Positions 9,780-20,492 of a stretch of DNA of 64,000 nt are shown one piece after another. The notes under the pieces were generated by a model. It searched no databases, was not told the DNA's origin, and saw only the letters and a program-made list of their open reading frames with translations. Location of the stretch: assembly GCA_963828525.1 (NCBI GenBank), contig CAWHEP010000006.1:42728-106727 (forward strand), written 5' to 3'. Positions within the stretch are counted from its first letter, which is position 1, and each line of letters starts with the position of its first letter. The position numbers and the translations under genes were made by a program. Source of the DNA: an uncultured Verrucomicrobiae bacterium. Its GTDB lineage: Bacteria > Verrucomicrobiota > Verrucomicrobiia > Chthoniobacterales > Chthoniobacteraceae.

Positions 9780-10628
9780 CTAACACAGCGTTAACAGCGC
9801 AATCTCCGGCCTGCAATTCAGCCGGATCGCCAGAGGCAGAGTGCCCACTCCGCTGGTGACATACCCCGCTACTCTCGGTCCGTGAACCATGCCATACCGG
9901 TATTTGTTGCCATAGATTGAGGGCACGATGGGCGATCCCAGATAAGGAAACGCGACCTGCCCACCGTGCGTGTGGCCACATAACGCCAGCCCAACGCGGG
10001 CATCTGTAATTTCTTCAAGACAATCCGGGTTGTGAGTAACAAGCAGGCAGGCATCGCTGTCGCTAGTGTCTCCAAGGGCGCTGGGAAGATCCTGGGGCTG
10101 TGTGGTGAAGTCGCCGATGCCGCACAGCCGGAGCCTCTCGCCATCACGCCTGAGCCAGACGCCTTGATTGGTGAGGTTCTCAAATCCGGCGGATGTCATC
10201 AATTGATGCGTGATCCTCAAACCGGCCCTTGAATCGTGGTTTCCGGTGACTGCAAATATGCCACCTTTTGCCCTGAGGTTCCGCAATACTCCAAAGCAAG
10301 GTTCCTGGTACGACGACCCGGTTCCCATCAGCCCATAACGACGTCCCGCAGTGACGTAGTCCCCGCCGAGGACAATTAGATCCGGAGCGAGCGCGTTCGT
10401 TTTTGCGACCACACGCGCGAGGTAATCGGCCGGAACAGCCTCGCTGTGATGAAAGTCAGCCAGAAAGGCGATCGTCATCCCCTTGAACACGGCCGCCAGA
10501 TTCGGGATCGCGACTGACACCGGCGTGACACGAATCCATTTCGCTTCAAACAAGCTGTAAAGTCCTCCTCCCAGAATCGTGGCTGCGGCGGCCTTCGCGC
10601 CAATTCTCAGAAACTCTCGCCGATGCAT
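9780..10628 (-). CDS. Metallophosphoesterase (YkuE-like), possible Tat substrate
   Basis: RREFL N-terminus, DFH, GGDYV, GNHD, HNPD and GHTHGGQ motifs. Confidence 0.9.
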   Translation of the reverse strand: MHRREFLRIGAKAAAATILGGGLYSLFEAKWIRVTPVSVAIPNLAAVFKGMTIAFLADFHHSEAVPADYLARVVAKTNALAPDLIVLGGDYVTAGRRYGLMGTGSSYQEPCFGVLRNLRAKGGIFAVTGNHDSRAGLRITHQLMTSAGFENLTNQGVWLRRDGERLRLCGIGDFTTQPQDLPSALGDTSDSDACLLVTHNPDCLEEITDARVGLALCGHTHGGQVAFPYLGSPIVPSIYGNKYRYGMVHGPRVAGYVTSGVGTLPLAIRLNCRPEIALLTLC

Positions 10629-10740
10629 GGAAACCTATAAACCAGCGTGGGATGCTTGTCGCCTCTCACTGCGTCTACTTGGAAAGCACTGACTAGATAG
10701 CCGCTGTTTGCGCTTTACACATCCCCGGCAATTGTGACAT

Positions 10741-11262
10741 TTGTGCGACGTGCGTTCCGTCCTCCTCCTCCTTGCGCTGCTTGCTTTATCGAACCTCCTG
10801 CATGCCCAGGAGCAGGAGAGCAAGGCTGTTCAGCGTATCATGGACCCGGATCGGACTTTAGCCAGCCCCTTGCAAAACCAGGCGTACAACGACGGGAAGT
10901 CTTTCGGGGCCGTTTCCCCGGCGTCGGTAAACAGTTTCCACATCGCGAGGACTTTCACCGCCAAATCCTTCTCATCCAAGGCCTACGCGGGCGCGGGCAA
11001 TTTTTGGGCGGGCGATTTCAAATACTCGACGACGGCGGCCCGCACTTCCGGATTTTTGACAAAGGCATTTGGCGTTAGACGCATGGATGTCAAGGATGCG
11101 CGGGAAAGCGGGAAGACTTCCGTCTCGGCTGGGCGCTCGTATAATAGGGCTGGCCCTTTCAAAGGCCATGGAACCCGGCAAGGGCTCCTGGATGAGCAGA
11201 ATTCTCCGAAAGCGGCGATGACCATCGATCAGGTGCGCGATCTTCTAAATAAGAATCAGTAA
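10741..11262 (+). CDS. Hypothetical secreted protein
   Basis: Signal-peptide-like N-terminus, ends TIDQVRDLLNKNQ immediately upstream of tyrS. Confidence 0.6.
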   Translation: MCDVRSVLLLLALLALSNLLHAQEQESKAVQRIMDPDRTLASPLQNQAYNDGKSFGAVSPASVNSFHIARTFTAKSFSSKAYAGAGNFWAGDFKYSTTAARTSGFLTKAFGVRRMDVKDARESGKTSVSAGRSYNRAGPFKGHGTRQGLLDEQNSPKAAMTIDQVRDLLNKNQ

Positions 11263-11287
11263 CCGTGGCGCGGAGGAGTTCGATTCC

Positions 11288-12478
11288 ATGAGCAGCAAAG
11301 CTCTCTCCCCAGAGCAGTCCCTCGAGTTGCTCAGAAAAGGCGCGGCTCAAATCATCAGCGAGGAGGACCTGCTCCAGAAGCTGAAGCTTCAGCGCCCCCT
11401 GAATGTGAAGCTGGGCGTTGATCCCACCGCTCCGGATATTCACCTCGGTTTTACGGTTGCCCTCCAGAAACTTCGGCAATTCCAGGATCTCGGCCACCAC
11501 GCCGTCCTTATCATCGGCGATTTCACCGCGATGATCGGCGACCCAAGCGGGCGCTCAGCCACCCGCCCGCAGTTGAGCCATGACAAGGTCATGCAAAACG
11601 CCCGCAGTTTTCAGGAGCAGGCCTACAAAATCCTTGATCCGCAGAGGACGAAGACTTTTTTCAACGGCGAGTGGCTGGAGATGATGACTTTTGAGGAGGT
11701 CATCAAACTTGCCGGTCGTGTCACCGTGCAGCAGATGCTCCACAGGGAGGATTTCCGCGAACGGTTCGACAAAGGAGTCTCCGTGCGCGTGCATGAGATC
11801 CTTTATCCCATCATCCAGGGATACGATTCCGTTCAGGTGAAAGCGGACGTGGAGATCGGTGGCACCGACCAGCTTTTCAACATTCTCGTCGGACGCGATC
11901 TCCAGCGCGAAGACGGGCAGCCTCAGCAAGTGGCTTTTCTAACCCCGCTCCTGGAAGGTCTCGACGGCGTCCAGAAGATGAGCAAGAGCCTGAACAACTA
12001 TATCGGCGTTAATGAACCTCCCTCAGAGATGTTCGGCAAGATCATGAGCATCTCGGATACGCTGATGGCGAGATACTATCTGCTTCTCCTCGGGAAAGAG
12101 GTGCCCGCGGGACACCCCATGGACGCCAAAAAGCAGTTGGGTGTCGAAATTGTAGCCCGCTACCACTCCAGCGCGGAGGCCAAAGCCGTGCTTGATGAGT
12201 TCAACCGCCGCTTCTCCGAGAAGAACCTGGAGGACGCTGATTTGCCGTCCATCTCCCTCTCTGGCGTCGAAAAGGACATCATCTCGGTCGTGACGGCCGC
12301 TTATCTTCAGGGGTTCAAAATTTCGCGATCCCGGAGCGATGCGCGCAGGTTGCTGGAGCAGGGGAGCGCGCAATTGAATGGCCAGAAATTGACCGATATA
12401 AAGATCAGCCCAATCCTCCAAAAGGGTGACGTGCTCCGGCTCGACAAGACGCGCGCGGTGAGGATCGGCGCCGTTTAA
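11288..12478 (+). CDS. tyrS: Tyrosine--tRNA ligase
   Basis: GVDPTAPDIHLG (HIGH-like), GGTDQLFN, KMSKS, C-terminal S4-like domain. Confidence 0.97.
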   Translation: MSSKALSPEQSLELLRKGAAQIISEEDLLQKLKLQRPLNVKLGVDPTAPDIHLGFTVALQKLRQFQDLGHHAVLIIGDFTAMIGDPSGRSATRPQLSHDKVMQNARSFQEQAYKILDPQRTKTFFNGEWLEMMTFEEVIKLAGRVTVQQMLHREDFRERFDKGVSVRVHEILYPIIQGYDSVQVKADVEIGGTDQLFNILVGRDLQREDGQPQQVAFLTPLLEGLDGVQKMSKSLNNYIGVNEPPSEMFGKIMSISDTLMARYYLLLLGKEVPAGHPMDAKKQLGVEIVARYHSSAEAKAVLDEFNRRFSEKNLEDADLPSISLSGVEKDIISVVTAAYLQGFKISRSRSDARRLLEQGSAQLNGQKLTDIKISPILQKGDVLRLDKTRAVRIGAV

Positions 12479-12480
12479 AT

Positions 12481-13209
12481 CTAGAGCGACGGTTGCTTGC
12501 CGGTGCTGACGGCAAGTTTCTTCAATCGCTTCTTCGGGCGCAATCTCAGCCAATTATTCCAGGTCTTCCGCAGCGTGTCTTTGGGGGATAGATACTTCTG
12601 GTTTAAGTCCGTGCTCCGCAATATCTGCGCGAGCAGTCCCTTAACCGAGAAATCTTCCGTGTGCAGTATGGTGTAGGCGGTCCCGATCGCCGCTTCATGA
12701 TGCGCGTCGCTCCCTGCTGTCATCGGCAGCCCCTTCATCTGGGCAAACTCGAACGCCTGCCTGTTATACCTCTTCAGCGTCGTCGCAGAGTTAAACACTT
12801 CGAGGGCATCGATCTCGATCTCTTCCAACACATTTTGGCGGATTCCGGCCCGGAACAGATCGTACGGGTGAGGCGGCACCGCAAGCCCGCCGTGCTCGTG
12901 GATCGCCGCGCATACTTCCCTAGCAGGTTTCCCTTTCATAAAGGGAAGGACAGTGCCGAGGCAGAGCAGATGCCCATCCGAGGTCGTCACCTCGACGCCG
13001 GGGATGATGAGAAAGTTGTCTACCGGGAGCCCGTCCTCTCGCATCAAACCCTTCTCCAGCATGTAACTCACGGCGTCACAGGTGTTGTGATCCGTCATCG
13101 CAAATCCGTGCAATCCTTTGCTCCGGGCTGCGGCGATCAATTCTTCCGGGCTGCTCACGCCATCTCCCGAAAAGAAAGAGTGCGCGTGCAGATCGATATT
13201 GTAGGACAT
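12481..13209 (-). CDS. PHP domain metal-dependent phosphoesterase
   Basis: DLHAHS, TDHN, GVEVTT, HPY and GSDAH motifs. Confidence 0.9.
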   Translation of the reverse strand: MSYNIDLHAHSFFSGDGVSSPEELIAAARSKGLHGFAMTDHNTCDAVSYMLEKGLMREDGLPVDNFLIIPGVEVTTSDGHLLCLGTVLPFMKGKPAREVCAAIHEHGGLAVPPHPYDLFRAGIRQNVLEEIEIDALEVFNSATTLKRYNRQAFEFAQMKGLPMTAGSDAHHEAAIGTAYTILHTEDFSVKGLLAQILRSTDLNQKYLSPKDTLRKTWNNWLRLRPKKRLKKLAVSTGKQPSL

Positions 13210-13268
13210 CGGTAAAAGGGTACGATTCAGGAGTGGAATCGCAAAGCGTAAATCGCGAGGGGTAATCT

Positions 13269-13814
13269 GTGGGCATCGGTTTCAAGGAATGGCACATCGT
13301 GTGCGAAGCGCTCGGCTCAGGCGCGCAGAGCATCATTTTACGGAAGGGTGGCATTGCCGAGGGCAGGGAAGGTTTTCGCTTCAAGCACGATGATTTCTTC
13401 CTGTTCCCCACGCTTTTCCATGAACAAGTGGCGAAGACTACTCTGGCGGGCGCCGCGCTCCCTCCCCCGCGCGAGGACAGCATCCACATCACCTATGCCG
13501 CGCGCGTGGAATGGACCATGGTTCTAAGCGACCTCTCACAAGCCGCAAAGCTAGCCGCTTTTCACGTGTGGCGACCGGAGGTGGTGGAAGAGCGCTTCCG
13601 CTATGAGGAGGCTCACGGATTGAGCCTCGCTTTTTTGCGGGTGTTTCGCCTGGATGCCCCTTTCTCATTCCCAGACGCGCCGCGTTATGGCGGCTGCAGG
13701 TCTTGGGTGGAAATCCCGACCCCTTCGGCTGCTTCCAGGACACCGGTTCTCGATGATGCCGTTCATGCGGCGAGATCGGAAGAAATCCGCCATCTTCTTG
13801 CGAGCGGAACGTAA
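13269..13814 (+). CDS. DUF1802 family protein
   Basis: FKEWHIVCEALGSGAQSIILRKGGIAE, FFLFPTLFHE, YGGCRSWV. Confidence 0.85.
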   Translation: MGIGFKEWHIVCEALGSGAQSIILRKGGIAEGREGFRFKHDDFFLFPTLFHEQVAKTTLAGAALPPPREDSIHITYAARVEWTMVLSDLSQAAKLAAFHVWRPEVVEERFRYEEAHGLSLAFLRVFRLDAPFSFPDAPRYGGCRSWVEIPTPSAASRTPVLDDAVHAARSEEIRHLLASGT

Positions 13815-13835
13815 CCTGGAACTTTTCGGCGGCCG

Positions 13836-14084
13836 TTACTCTGAGGCGGTCGGCGGCTTTGCTTTCGCCGCGAGTATCTTCGAAAATTCCTGTAGCTGGT
13901 TCACTATGTCCGGGCACCGCGTCAGCACAGCCTTGGACAGCTTCTCGTAATGTTGCGCGTTTCGCTGGGACAACTCCGAAAGCGCCATTATGACTGCCAG
14001 CGTATTATTGATGGAATGCTTCACCTCGCGAAATTTCTCATGCGCGGCGTGCCAGTCGTCGGTCGGCGAGGGGATAGTTTCCAT
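13836..14084 (-). CDS. Small protein resembling a stand-alone HisKA/DHp helix pair
   Basis: 82 aa. KHSINNTLAVI resembles an H-box (HExNNPL). Confidence 0.55.
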   Translation of the reverse strand: METIPSPTDDWHAAHEKFREVKHSINNTLAVIMALSELSQRNAQHYEKLSKAVLTRCPDIVNQLQEFSKILAAKAKPPTASE

Positions 14085-14182
14085 CTAGACCCAAGCTAAA
14101 AGCGGGTCGCATGCCACACAAGGTGGATTTTTGCGGCGCCATGTCGTTTTGCTGACGCCGCAGGAAGCCCGCCGCCCTCCAA

Positions 14183-14211
14183 TTGACACGACACACCCGT
14201 TCTTATACCGT
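14183..14211 (+). promoter_or_regulatory. Putative sigma70 promoter of gcvT (probably leaderless)
   Basis: TTGACA (14183-14188), 17 bp spacer, TACCGT (14206-14211). GTG start 8 bp later with no Shine-Dalgarno. Confidence 0.5.
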
Positions 14212-14219
14212 GCGCGATT

Positions 14220-15314
14220 GTGCCCGACTCGATGGTAAATAAGACGCCGCTCTACGAAGAACACGTGCGGCGAGGCGCAAAGATGGTGGAGTTTTCCGGC
14301 TGGTTGATGCCCATCCAATACACCGGCATCGTCGAGGAGCACCACGCGGTGCGGAACTCGGTTGGCCTCTTCGACATCTCTCATATGGGCCAGGTGCATG
14401 CCTCCGGGCCGAAGGTGAAGGAGTGGCTCAACTACTTGCTCTCGAACAATATCAATCGTCTGGGCATTGGTGAAAGCCAGTACACGTTCCTGCTCAATGA
14501 ACAGGGTGGGATCATAGACGATCTCATCGTTTACCACTATGCTGAAGGCCAGTTCCTTCTTGTCGTAAACGCGTCGATGGCTCAGCAGGATTTTGATTGG
14601 ATGCGCGACCATCTCGCGACCGGCGTTGAACTCGAGAACCACAGCGAGCGTTTTGCGGGGCTGGCGGTCCAAGGCCCGAAATCGATAAAGCTGTTCGATC
14701 ACTTTTTCGGCCCTTCTCATTCGCGGCCCGCCCGGAACGAGGTACGCGCTGTTCAGCGAGGCGCCAGCACGATGTATGTCTCCAGCACCGGCTACACGGG
14801 AGAGGACGGGTTTGAGATTTTCTTCCCAGCGGAAATGGCGTTGGAGCTTTGGAACGAAATTCTCGAGATGGGCATCGAGTTGGATATGCGCCCGTGCGGC
14901 CTTGGCGCCCGGGATACCCTCCGGCTGGAGATGTGCTATCCGCTTAACGGTTCCGATCTCTCTCCGACGCGAACCCCCTTCGAGGCCGGTCTTTCCATCT
15001 TTGTCGATCTTGCGAAAGATAATTTCATTGGCAGGGAGGCTCTCGTTAAGCAGCGGGCCGAAGGCGTGAAGGAACGGCTTGTGCCTTTTAAGATGAAAGA
15101 CCGCAGCCCTCCCCCGCGTCCGCATTATGCCCTATACAAGGATGGGCGGCAGATCGCCGAGATCGCGAGCGGCACTCTCTCCCCGACGCTGAATATCGGT
15201 ATCGGCATGGCTTACATCCCGACGGAGTTTGCCCGGATAAACGAAGAAATAGAAGTGGACATTCGCGGCAGGCGATTTCCTGCCACCATTGAAAAAAAAC
15301 CCTTACACCGATGA
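14220..15314 (+). CDS. gcvT: Glycine cleavage system aminomethyltransferase T
   Basis: KTPLYEEH, GLFDISHMG, GGIIDDL, TGYTGEDGFE, GLGARDTLRLE. Confidence 0.97.
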   Translation: MPDSMVNKTPLYEEHVRRGAKMVEFSGWLMPIQYTGIVEEHHAVRNSVGLFDISHMGQVHASGPKVKEWLNYLLSNNINRLGIGESQYTFLLNEQGGIIDDLIVYHYAEGQFLLVVNASMAQQDFDWMRDHLATGVELENHSERFAGLAVQGPKSIKLFDHFFGPSHSRPARNEVRAVQRGASTMYVSSTGYTGEDGFEIFFPAEMALELWNEILEMGIELDMRPCGLGARDTLRLEMCYPLNGSDLSPTRTPFEAGLSIFVDLAKDNFIGREALVKQRAEGVKERLVPFKMKDRSPPPRPHYALYKDGRQIAEIASGTLSPTLNIGIGMAYIPTEFARINEEIEVDIRGRRFPATIEKKPLHR

Positions 15315-15715
15315 ACATTCCAGACGACCTTCAATACACGACCACGCACGAGTGGGTGCGCATGGAGGGTGCCTGCGCTCGCGTCGGCATCACCGATCAC
15401 GCGCAAGCTGAACTCACAGACATCGTCTATGTGGAACTACCGAAGCCTGGCGTCTCCGTCATGCCGAAGCAGCCTGTGGCTGTCGTGGAGTCGGTTAAAG
15501 CCGCCAGCGATATTTACTCGCCGATCGGCGGCACCATTACGGAAGTCAATCCCGCGCTGGAGGCCAATCCTGCCTTGGTAAATACGGATCCGTATGGGGA
15601 AGGCTGGCTCTTCAGTGTCCAGATTGAAGCTGGCGAGGAGCTTGAACTTCTCAAGGATCCAGCCACCTATCGCAAGCAACTGGAAGGCGGGGCCGCTCCC
15701 GCTGATTCGCCTTGA
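15311..15715 (+). CDS. gcvH: Glycine cleavage system H protein
   Basis: HEWV, GITDHAQ, VESVKAASD lipoyl-Lys motif, DPYGEGW. Confidence 0.97.
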   Translation: MNIPDDLQYTTTHEWVRMEGACARVGITDHAQAELTDIVYVELPKPGVSVMPKQPVAVVESVKAASDIYSPIGGTITEVNPALEANPALVNTDPYGEGWLFSVQIEAGEELELLKDPATYRKQLEGGAAPADSP

Positions 15716-15821
15716 TTGCAATGGGTCGGCTTTCGCAGCCCTGAGGCGACTCTAATTGTTGTCAGACCCTAATCGTTTCTGATTGCGGGATCACACTCGA
15801 CTCGGTTTAGTGGGCGTCCCC

Positions 15822-17703
15822 ATGCCAAAACGCTCGGAGATGTTCCTGTTCCTGGCGACGTTCGTCGCTTTCGCCTATTTCCACCAGGGAGGCGGTTGGA
15901 ATCAAAACTCCAGGTTCGCAATGGTGCGCGCGATGGCGGAAGAGCGCGCCTTCACGATCGACAATTTTCTCGTGTACGAAGCTGGCGCGGCCGGTAAGCC
16001 CCTTCTTAGGCGAAGGGTCCGAAATGGCGACTTTGAGGACGACGAGGGGACAAAGCGGCTTTGCTGGACGGGGCATGGATGGGATCTTCACCCCGTGAAC
16101 GGCGTTCCGGGGGACGATGAGCATCAGGCAATATCTCTTGAAGCGAACGCGGACTCCGGGGACGTTGGCTTTTTTGAGGGCCACTTCCACCCCAACAAAC
16201 CGCCGGGCACCTCTTTCCTGGCTCTTCCCGGATATCTACTGTTGCTGACGGCTGAGAGGATGTTTGGCGCGAATCCAGACGATTGGTGGGTGCTGACTTG
16301 CAATGAGTGGCTGACGTCAGTGCTCAGCGTCGGTCTCTTTTCTGCTTTAGGATGCCGCGCTGTTTTTCCGGACCGCGACGCTGCTGGCAGCGGGAAACGA
16401 GCGCGTGGCGATGACAGCGACGTTCGCGTTTGCTTTTGGCACCATGTTTTTCCCGTACGCGACAATCATGTTTGACCAGAACCTCACGGCAACGGCGTTG
16501 CTTGCTTCCTTCTACCTGTTGTTAAGAGAGCGCCGTTCCCTTGCGGGAAATCCGACTCTGTTTGCAGCCGGCTTATTCGCCGGAGTCGCGGCGATCACGA
16601 ATTACATCGCCGCGGCAGCGGTGGTTTTCCTGGCCATCTACCTTTTCGTTGGTTTGCGCAAGTCGGAGCGTGGACTGCTTCTAAAGCGCCTCCTCTGTTT
16701 TGCCCTCGGGGTGGCCGGCCCCTTCCTCCTGATCTGCGCTTACGGACAGATTTGCTTCCACACCCCCTTCGCGCTGAACACAAACTTCCAAAATCCCCTG
16801 TTCAAAGTGCATGAAGGCGGGTTTCTCGGAATGTTTGCCCTTCCCAATCCCTATGTAGCCGCAGTGTTGCTGGTCTCACCCTTCAGGGGGATTTTTTACA
16901 CGGCGCCCATTCTCTTGCTCGGGCTTTATGGCTGGTTCCGGATGCCGCGAAATATGACTCCTGAAAAGTGGCTGTTCGCCTCCATTTTCCTGGTTTTCTT
17001 TTTCGTCAACACGTGCTTCAACGGCTACCATGGAGGCTTCTGTTCGGAGCCGCGCTACCTTGGCCCGGCGTTGCCTTTCCTCGCGCTGCCGATGGTCATC
17101 GGGTTTGCGGCATTCCCTCGTGTCGCAGCCGTTCTGGGGATTCTTTCGGTGGTCAGCCAGCTCGCGATAACAGCGGTCGACGTCGAAAGCCCTGTCGGAG
17201 TCGGAAGTCTTGCCATGATCGACTCCCGGCCAGACTGGAGCTACAGCCCGCTTACGGATTATTCCCTACCGATATTTTTCCGAGGCCATGCATGGCCGAT
17301 CCTTAGCGGTTTGTTGAACGAGGAGTTGAAACTTAGGGAAAAGGATCTTCAGGCCGCCGCGCCCCAGGTCAAAACCCAGCAACTGGCAAGCATCAGAAAG
17401 GATCTACTGAATGCGATTCGTTCCTCGGCGAGAGAGCCTTTCCTGCTCGCGACTTTTCGGGGTCCGGTTTCAGTGAACCCCGTGGGAGCGTATGAAGGCT
17501 CGCTTTACCACCTGTTTGAGCCCTTCAGTCCGCAGGCAAAATGGAGTTCGTTTAACGCGGGGGAGTTCCTTTTTCCCGAGAGTCGCTGGAGTTTGCTGCC
17601 CCTGCTCGTCCTTTGCGGGGGTTTCTCCTTTCTTTCATGGCGGTATGTCCTTCGATGCCCAATCCCTGCCTCCGGCGAGGTAGTATCCATCGGAACGACG
17701 TAG
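15822..17703 (+). CDS. Polytopic membrane protein, GT-C-like glycosyltransferase candidate (one frameshift near 16350)
   Basis: ORFs 15783-16475 and 16405-17703 join into one hydrophobic protein (NQNSRF, HPNKPPG, GFCSEPRYL). Confidence 0.6.
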
Positions 17704-17751
17704 GACGAACAAGCTTGCCGTGTTGGAAAATCACGGCTAAGGACTTCAACG

Positions 17752-20487
17752 TTGTTTCTTCATTTCCCACCCCCTGGAATTACAGGAAGGCTCGCTGCTC
17801 TTGTCGGCGCCGTTTTCTTTTCCGCATCCGTCTGCGCGGCGACGCGGAGTGGAGAGGTCATCCTTGGCGAGATGAATTGCGTGGCTTGCCACACCGCCGA
17901 AGCTCCGGTCGCCGCCCGGCTTGCTTCCAAGCGCGCGCCAGTTCTCGGGGAGAACGGTCTTCGCATTACCCCGCAGTGGCTTCGCTCTTTCCTGATGAAT
18001 CCACAAGGAGTGACGCCCGGAACCACGATGCCGGACGCTCTGCATTGGATGGGAGCCAAGGAGAAAGCAGAGACCGTGGACGCTCTTGTTCACTATCTCA
18101 TATCTTTGCAGAGTCCTCATGACGCGGCCACATTCGCCGACGCGACAGTCGTAGCGAAAGGCCGCGACCTGTACCACACGGTTGGCTGTGTGGCGTGCCA
18201 CGCGCCGGACGATCCGCCGCCCCACGGAACAAATGACACCGTATCCAAATCGGAGATCGATCAGCTAAGCCGCGATTCCGTTCCGCTCGGCATGCTGGAT
18301 CAAAAAACCACAGTGCCGGAGATGGCTGCTTTTTTGCGCAATCCGCTGCAAATCCGCCCTTCAGGCCGGATGCCTTCGTTGAAGCTGGGAGACGCTGAGG
18401 CAACCGCTATCGGCATGTATCTGCTCCGCGGGCAAATGCCCGAGGGCGGGGCGACGAAGGGGAGGGGACTCGCGTACGAACTTTTCGAAGGCAACTTCTC
18501 CGAGATTCCTGATTTTGACCGCCTCAAAGTCAACGCATCAGGTGTTACCGAAAAAATAAAGGCCCTTCCACGGCAGGGGGATACAAGTTTTGCAATGCGG
18601 TTTACCGGCACGCTAAAAGCGCCGATCGAGGGGGAGTACGTTTTTTCCGTGAAGGCGGGGGGCGCAACCAGACTCTCCATCGATGAAAAGCTGTTGATCG
18701 ATAACGGGATGCATCATGGCAAGGAGAAAGGCGAGCGAATCGTCCTTACAGCAGGCGATCACCTCATCTCCCTCCTCTACGCCAATGGCGGGGGGGGTGA
18801 TGATCTCGCGGTGTCCTGGCGGGGGCCGAAACTTAAGGAGCAGGAGCTCGGGTCTGCGGCGCTTTCGCACCCGACAACGCCCCTGTATCCCACCGCGGGG
18901 GAGGCCTTTTCCCTAGATCACTCAAAAGCCGAACGCGGCAGGCGCCTCTTCGCTTCGTTGAACTGCGCCGCATGCCACCAGATTGGAGAGCGCGCGTTGG
19001 CGGCAAAGCCCCTCGCCAGTCTTGCCCTTGGCCGGCCGGACAGCTGCATCGGCAAGGCGGTCGCCAAAGGCCTGCCAAAATACGCGCTTTCTGATGAGGC
19101 GCGCGCCGCCGTCCAGACGACGCTCGGAGCGCTGGGGGAACTCGCGAAGCCTCTGGCGCCTGCCGAGCAAATCAACCGCACGATGTCCGCTCTTAACTGC
19201 TTCGCATGCCATAATCGCGCTCAGAGAGGGGGGGCGGAAGGCCCTCGCCGCGACTACTTCACCTCCGCCGGTGGCGCTGATGTGGGAGACGAAGGGCGTC
19301 TGCCTCCTTCGCTGAATGGGGTCGGAGCCAAACTGAAACCGGAGGCCATCGCCTCGATTCTCTGGCAGGGCGCGGTCGCGCGGCCTTACATGCAGACGCG
19401 CATGCCTCAGTTCGGCGAGGAGAATGTGAAACATCTCGTTCCCGCCTTTGATAGCGCCGACTCAACCAGCAACCCTTTGCCTGAGCCGCCCGCATTCGCG
19501 TCCTCTGTCTCCACCGGGAGGAAGCTCGTGGGGGTAAATGGTCTGGCTTGCGTTGCCTGCCACACCTTCAAGCAGCAACAACTGGGTATCCCCGCAGTTG
19601 ACCTGACATTGATGCACAATCGCCTGAAGTTCGATTGGTTTCATCGCTACGTTATCGATCCACAATCCCTGCGGCCTGGCACGCGCATGCTGAGTTTTTG
19701 GCCAGGTGGACACGCCGTGAATAAGCAAATCGCGGGCGGCGACACAGATCGGCAGATCGAAGCCATCTGGTATTATCTGGCAAAAGGCGCGGAGGCCGAT
19801 CCTCCGGATGGGCTCATCAAGGCGAAAATGGAACTGGTACCGGACAAGGAAGCCATCATCTACCGCAATTTCATTCTGGGCGCGGGCGCGCGCGCGATCG
19901 GTGTTGGTTATCCAGAACGGGCTAATCTTGCCTTCGATGCAGAGGAGATGCGCCTGGCGTTGCTTTGGCAGGGACCGTTCATTGACGCGTCGCGGCATAG
20001 GACCCAGCGAGGCCTCGGGTTTGAGCCTCCGCTCGGAACGAACGTTGTGAAGTGGACTGCGGGTCCGCCGCTTGCGGTTCTCCCTTCTCAGGCTGCTCAA
20101 TGGCCTGCGGCTGTCGGTAAGGCGGGTGGCTTCCAGTTCCGGGGCTATCATCTGGATGAGGAGCAGCGCCCAACGTTCCTTTATGACTATATGGGCACGC
20201 GCGTTGAAGACTACCCGCTTGCTGTCGCGCATGACCCCGACGCAGGATTCAGAAGGACACTCTCCTTCACATCTGCCCGTCCGCCCGCGCAACTTTACTT
20301 TCGAGCTGCCGCGGGAGCCGCTGTGGTTCAGAAGGCAAATGGCTCTTTCTTGGTGGATGACAAAGTTCTCGTTACTTTGACAGGAGGAAAAGCGAGCATC
20401 CGCCGAACCGGAAAACTCTCGGAAATTATTGTGCCGCTGATCTTCCAGGACGGCAAAGCTCAGATCACGGAAGAACTCAACTGGTAA
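17752..20487 (+). CDS. Multiheme c-type cytochrome with PA14-like domain
   Basis: Signal peptide, five CxxCH motifs (CVACH x3, CAACH, CFACH), repeated PGTxMP/RMP motifs, PA14-like FAMRFTGTLKAPIEGEYVF segment. Confidence 0.85.
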   Translation: MFLHFPPPGITGRLAALVGAVFFSASVCAATRSGEVILGEMNCVACHTAEAPVAARLASKRAPVLGENGLRITPQWLRSFLMNPQGVTPGTTMPDALHWMGAKEKAETVDALVHYLISLQSPHDAATFADATVVAKGRDLYHTVGCVACHAPDDPPPHGTNDTVSKSEIDQLSRDSVPLGMLDQKTTVPEMAAFLRNPLQIRPSGRMPSLKLGDAEATAIGMYLLRGQMPEGGATKGRGLAYELFEGNFSEIPDFDRLKVNASGVTEKIKALPRQGDTSFAMRFTGTLKAPIEGEYVFSVKAGGATRLSIDEKLLIDNGMHHGKEKGERIVLTAGDHLISLLYANGGGGDDLAVSWRGPKLKEQELGSAALSHPTTPLYPTAGEAFSLDHSKAERGRRLFASLNCAACHQIGERALAAKPLASLALGRPDSCIGKAVAKGLPKYALSDEARAAVQTTLGALGELAKPLAPAEQINRTMSALNCFACHNRAQRGGAEGPRRDYFTSAGGADVGDEGRLPPSLNGVGAKLKPEAIASILWQGAVARPYMQTRMPQFGEENVKHLVPAFDSADSTSNPLPEPPAFASSVSTGRKLVGVNGLACVACHTFKQQQLGIPAVDLTLMHNRLKFDWFHRYVIDPQSLRPGTRMLSFWPGGHAVNKQIAGGDTDRQIEAIWYYLAKGAEADPPDGLIKAKMELVPDKEAIIYRNFILGAGARAIGVGYPERANLAFDAEEMRLALLWQGPFIDASRHRTQRGLGFEPPLGTNVVKWTAGPPLAVLPSQAAQWPAAVGKAGGFQFRGYHLDEEQRPTFLYDYMGTRVEDYPLAVAHDPDAGFRRTLSFTSARPPAQLYFRAAAGAAVVQKANGSFLVDDKVLVTLTGGKASIRRTGKLSEIIVPLIFQDGKAQITEELNW

Positions 20488-20492
20488 GCAAA

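Noticed and set aside
14085..14219. Glycine riboswitch upstream of gcvT
   Set aside because: No recognisable aptamer motifs, and the promoter-like boxes sit directly before the start codon, leaving no leader.
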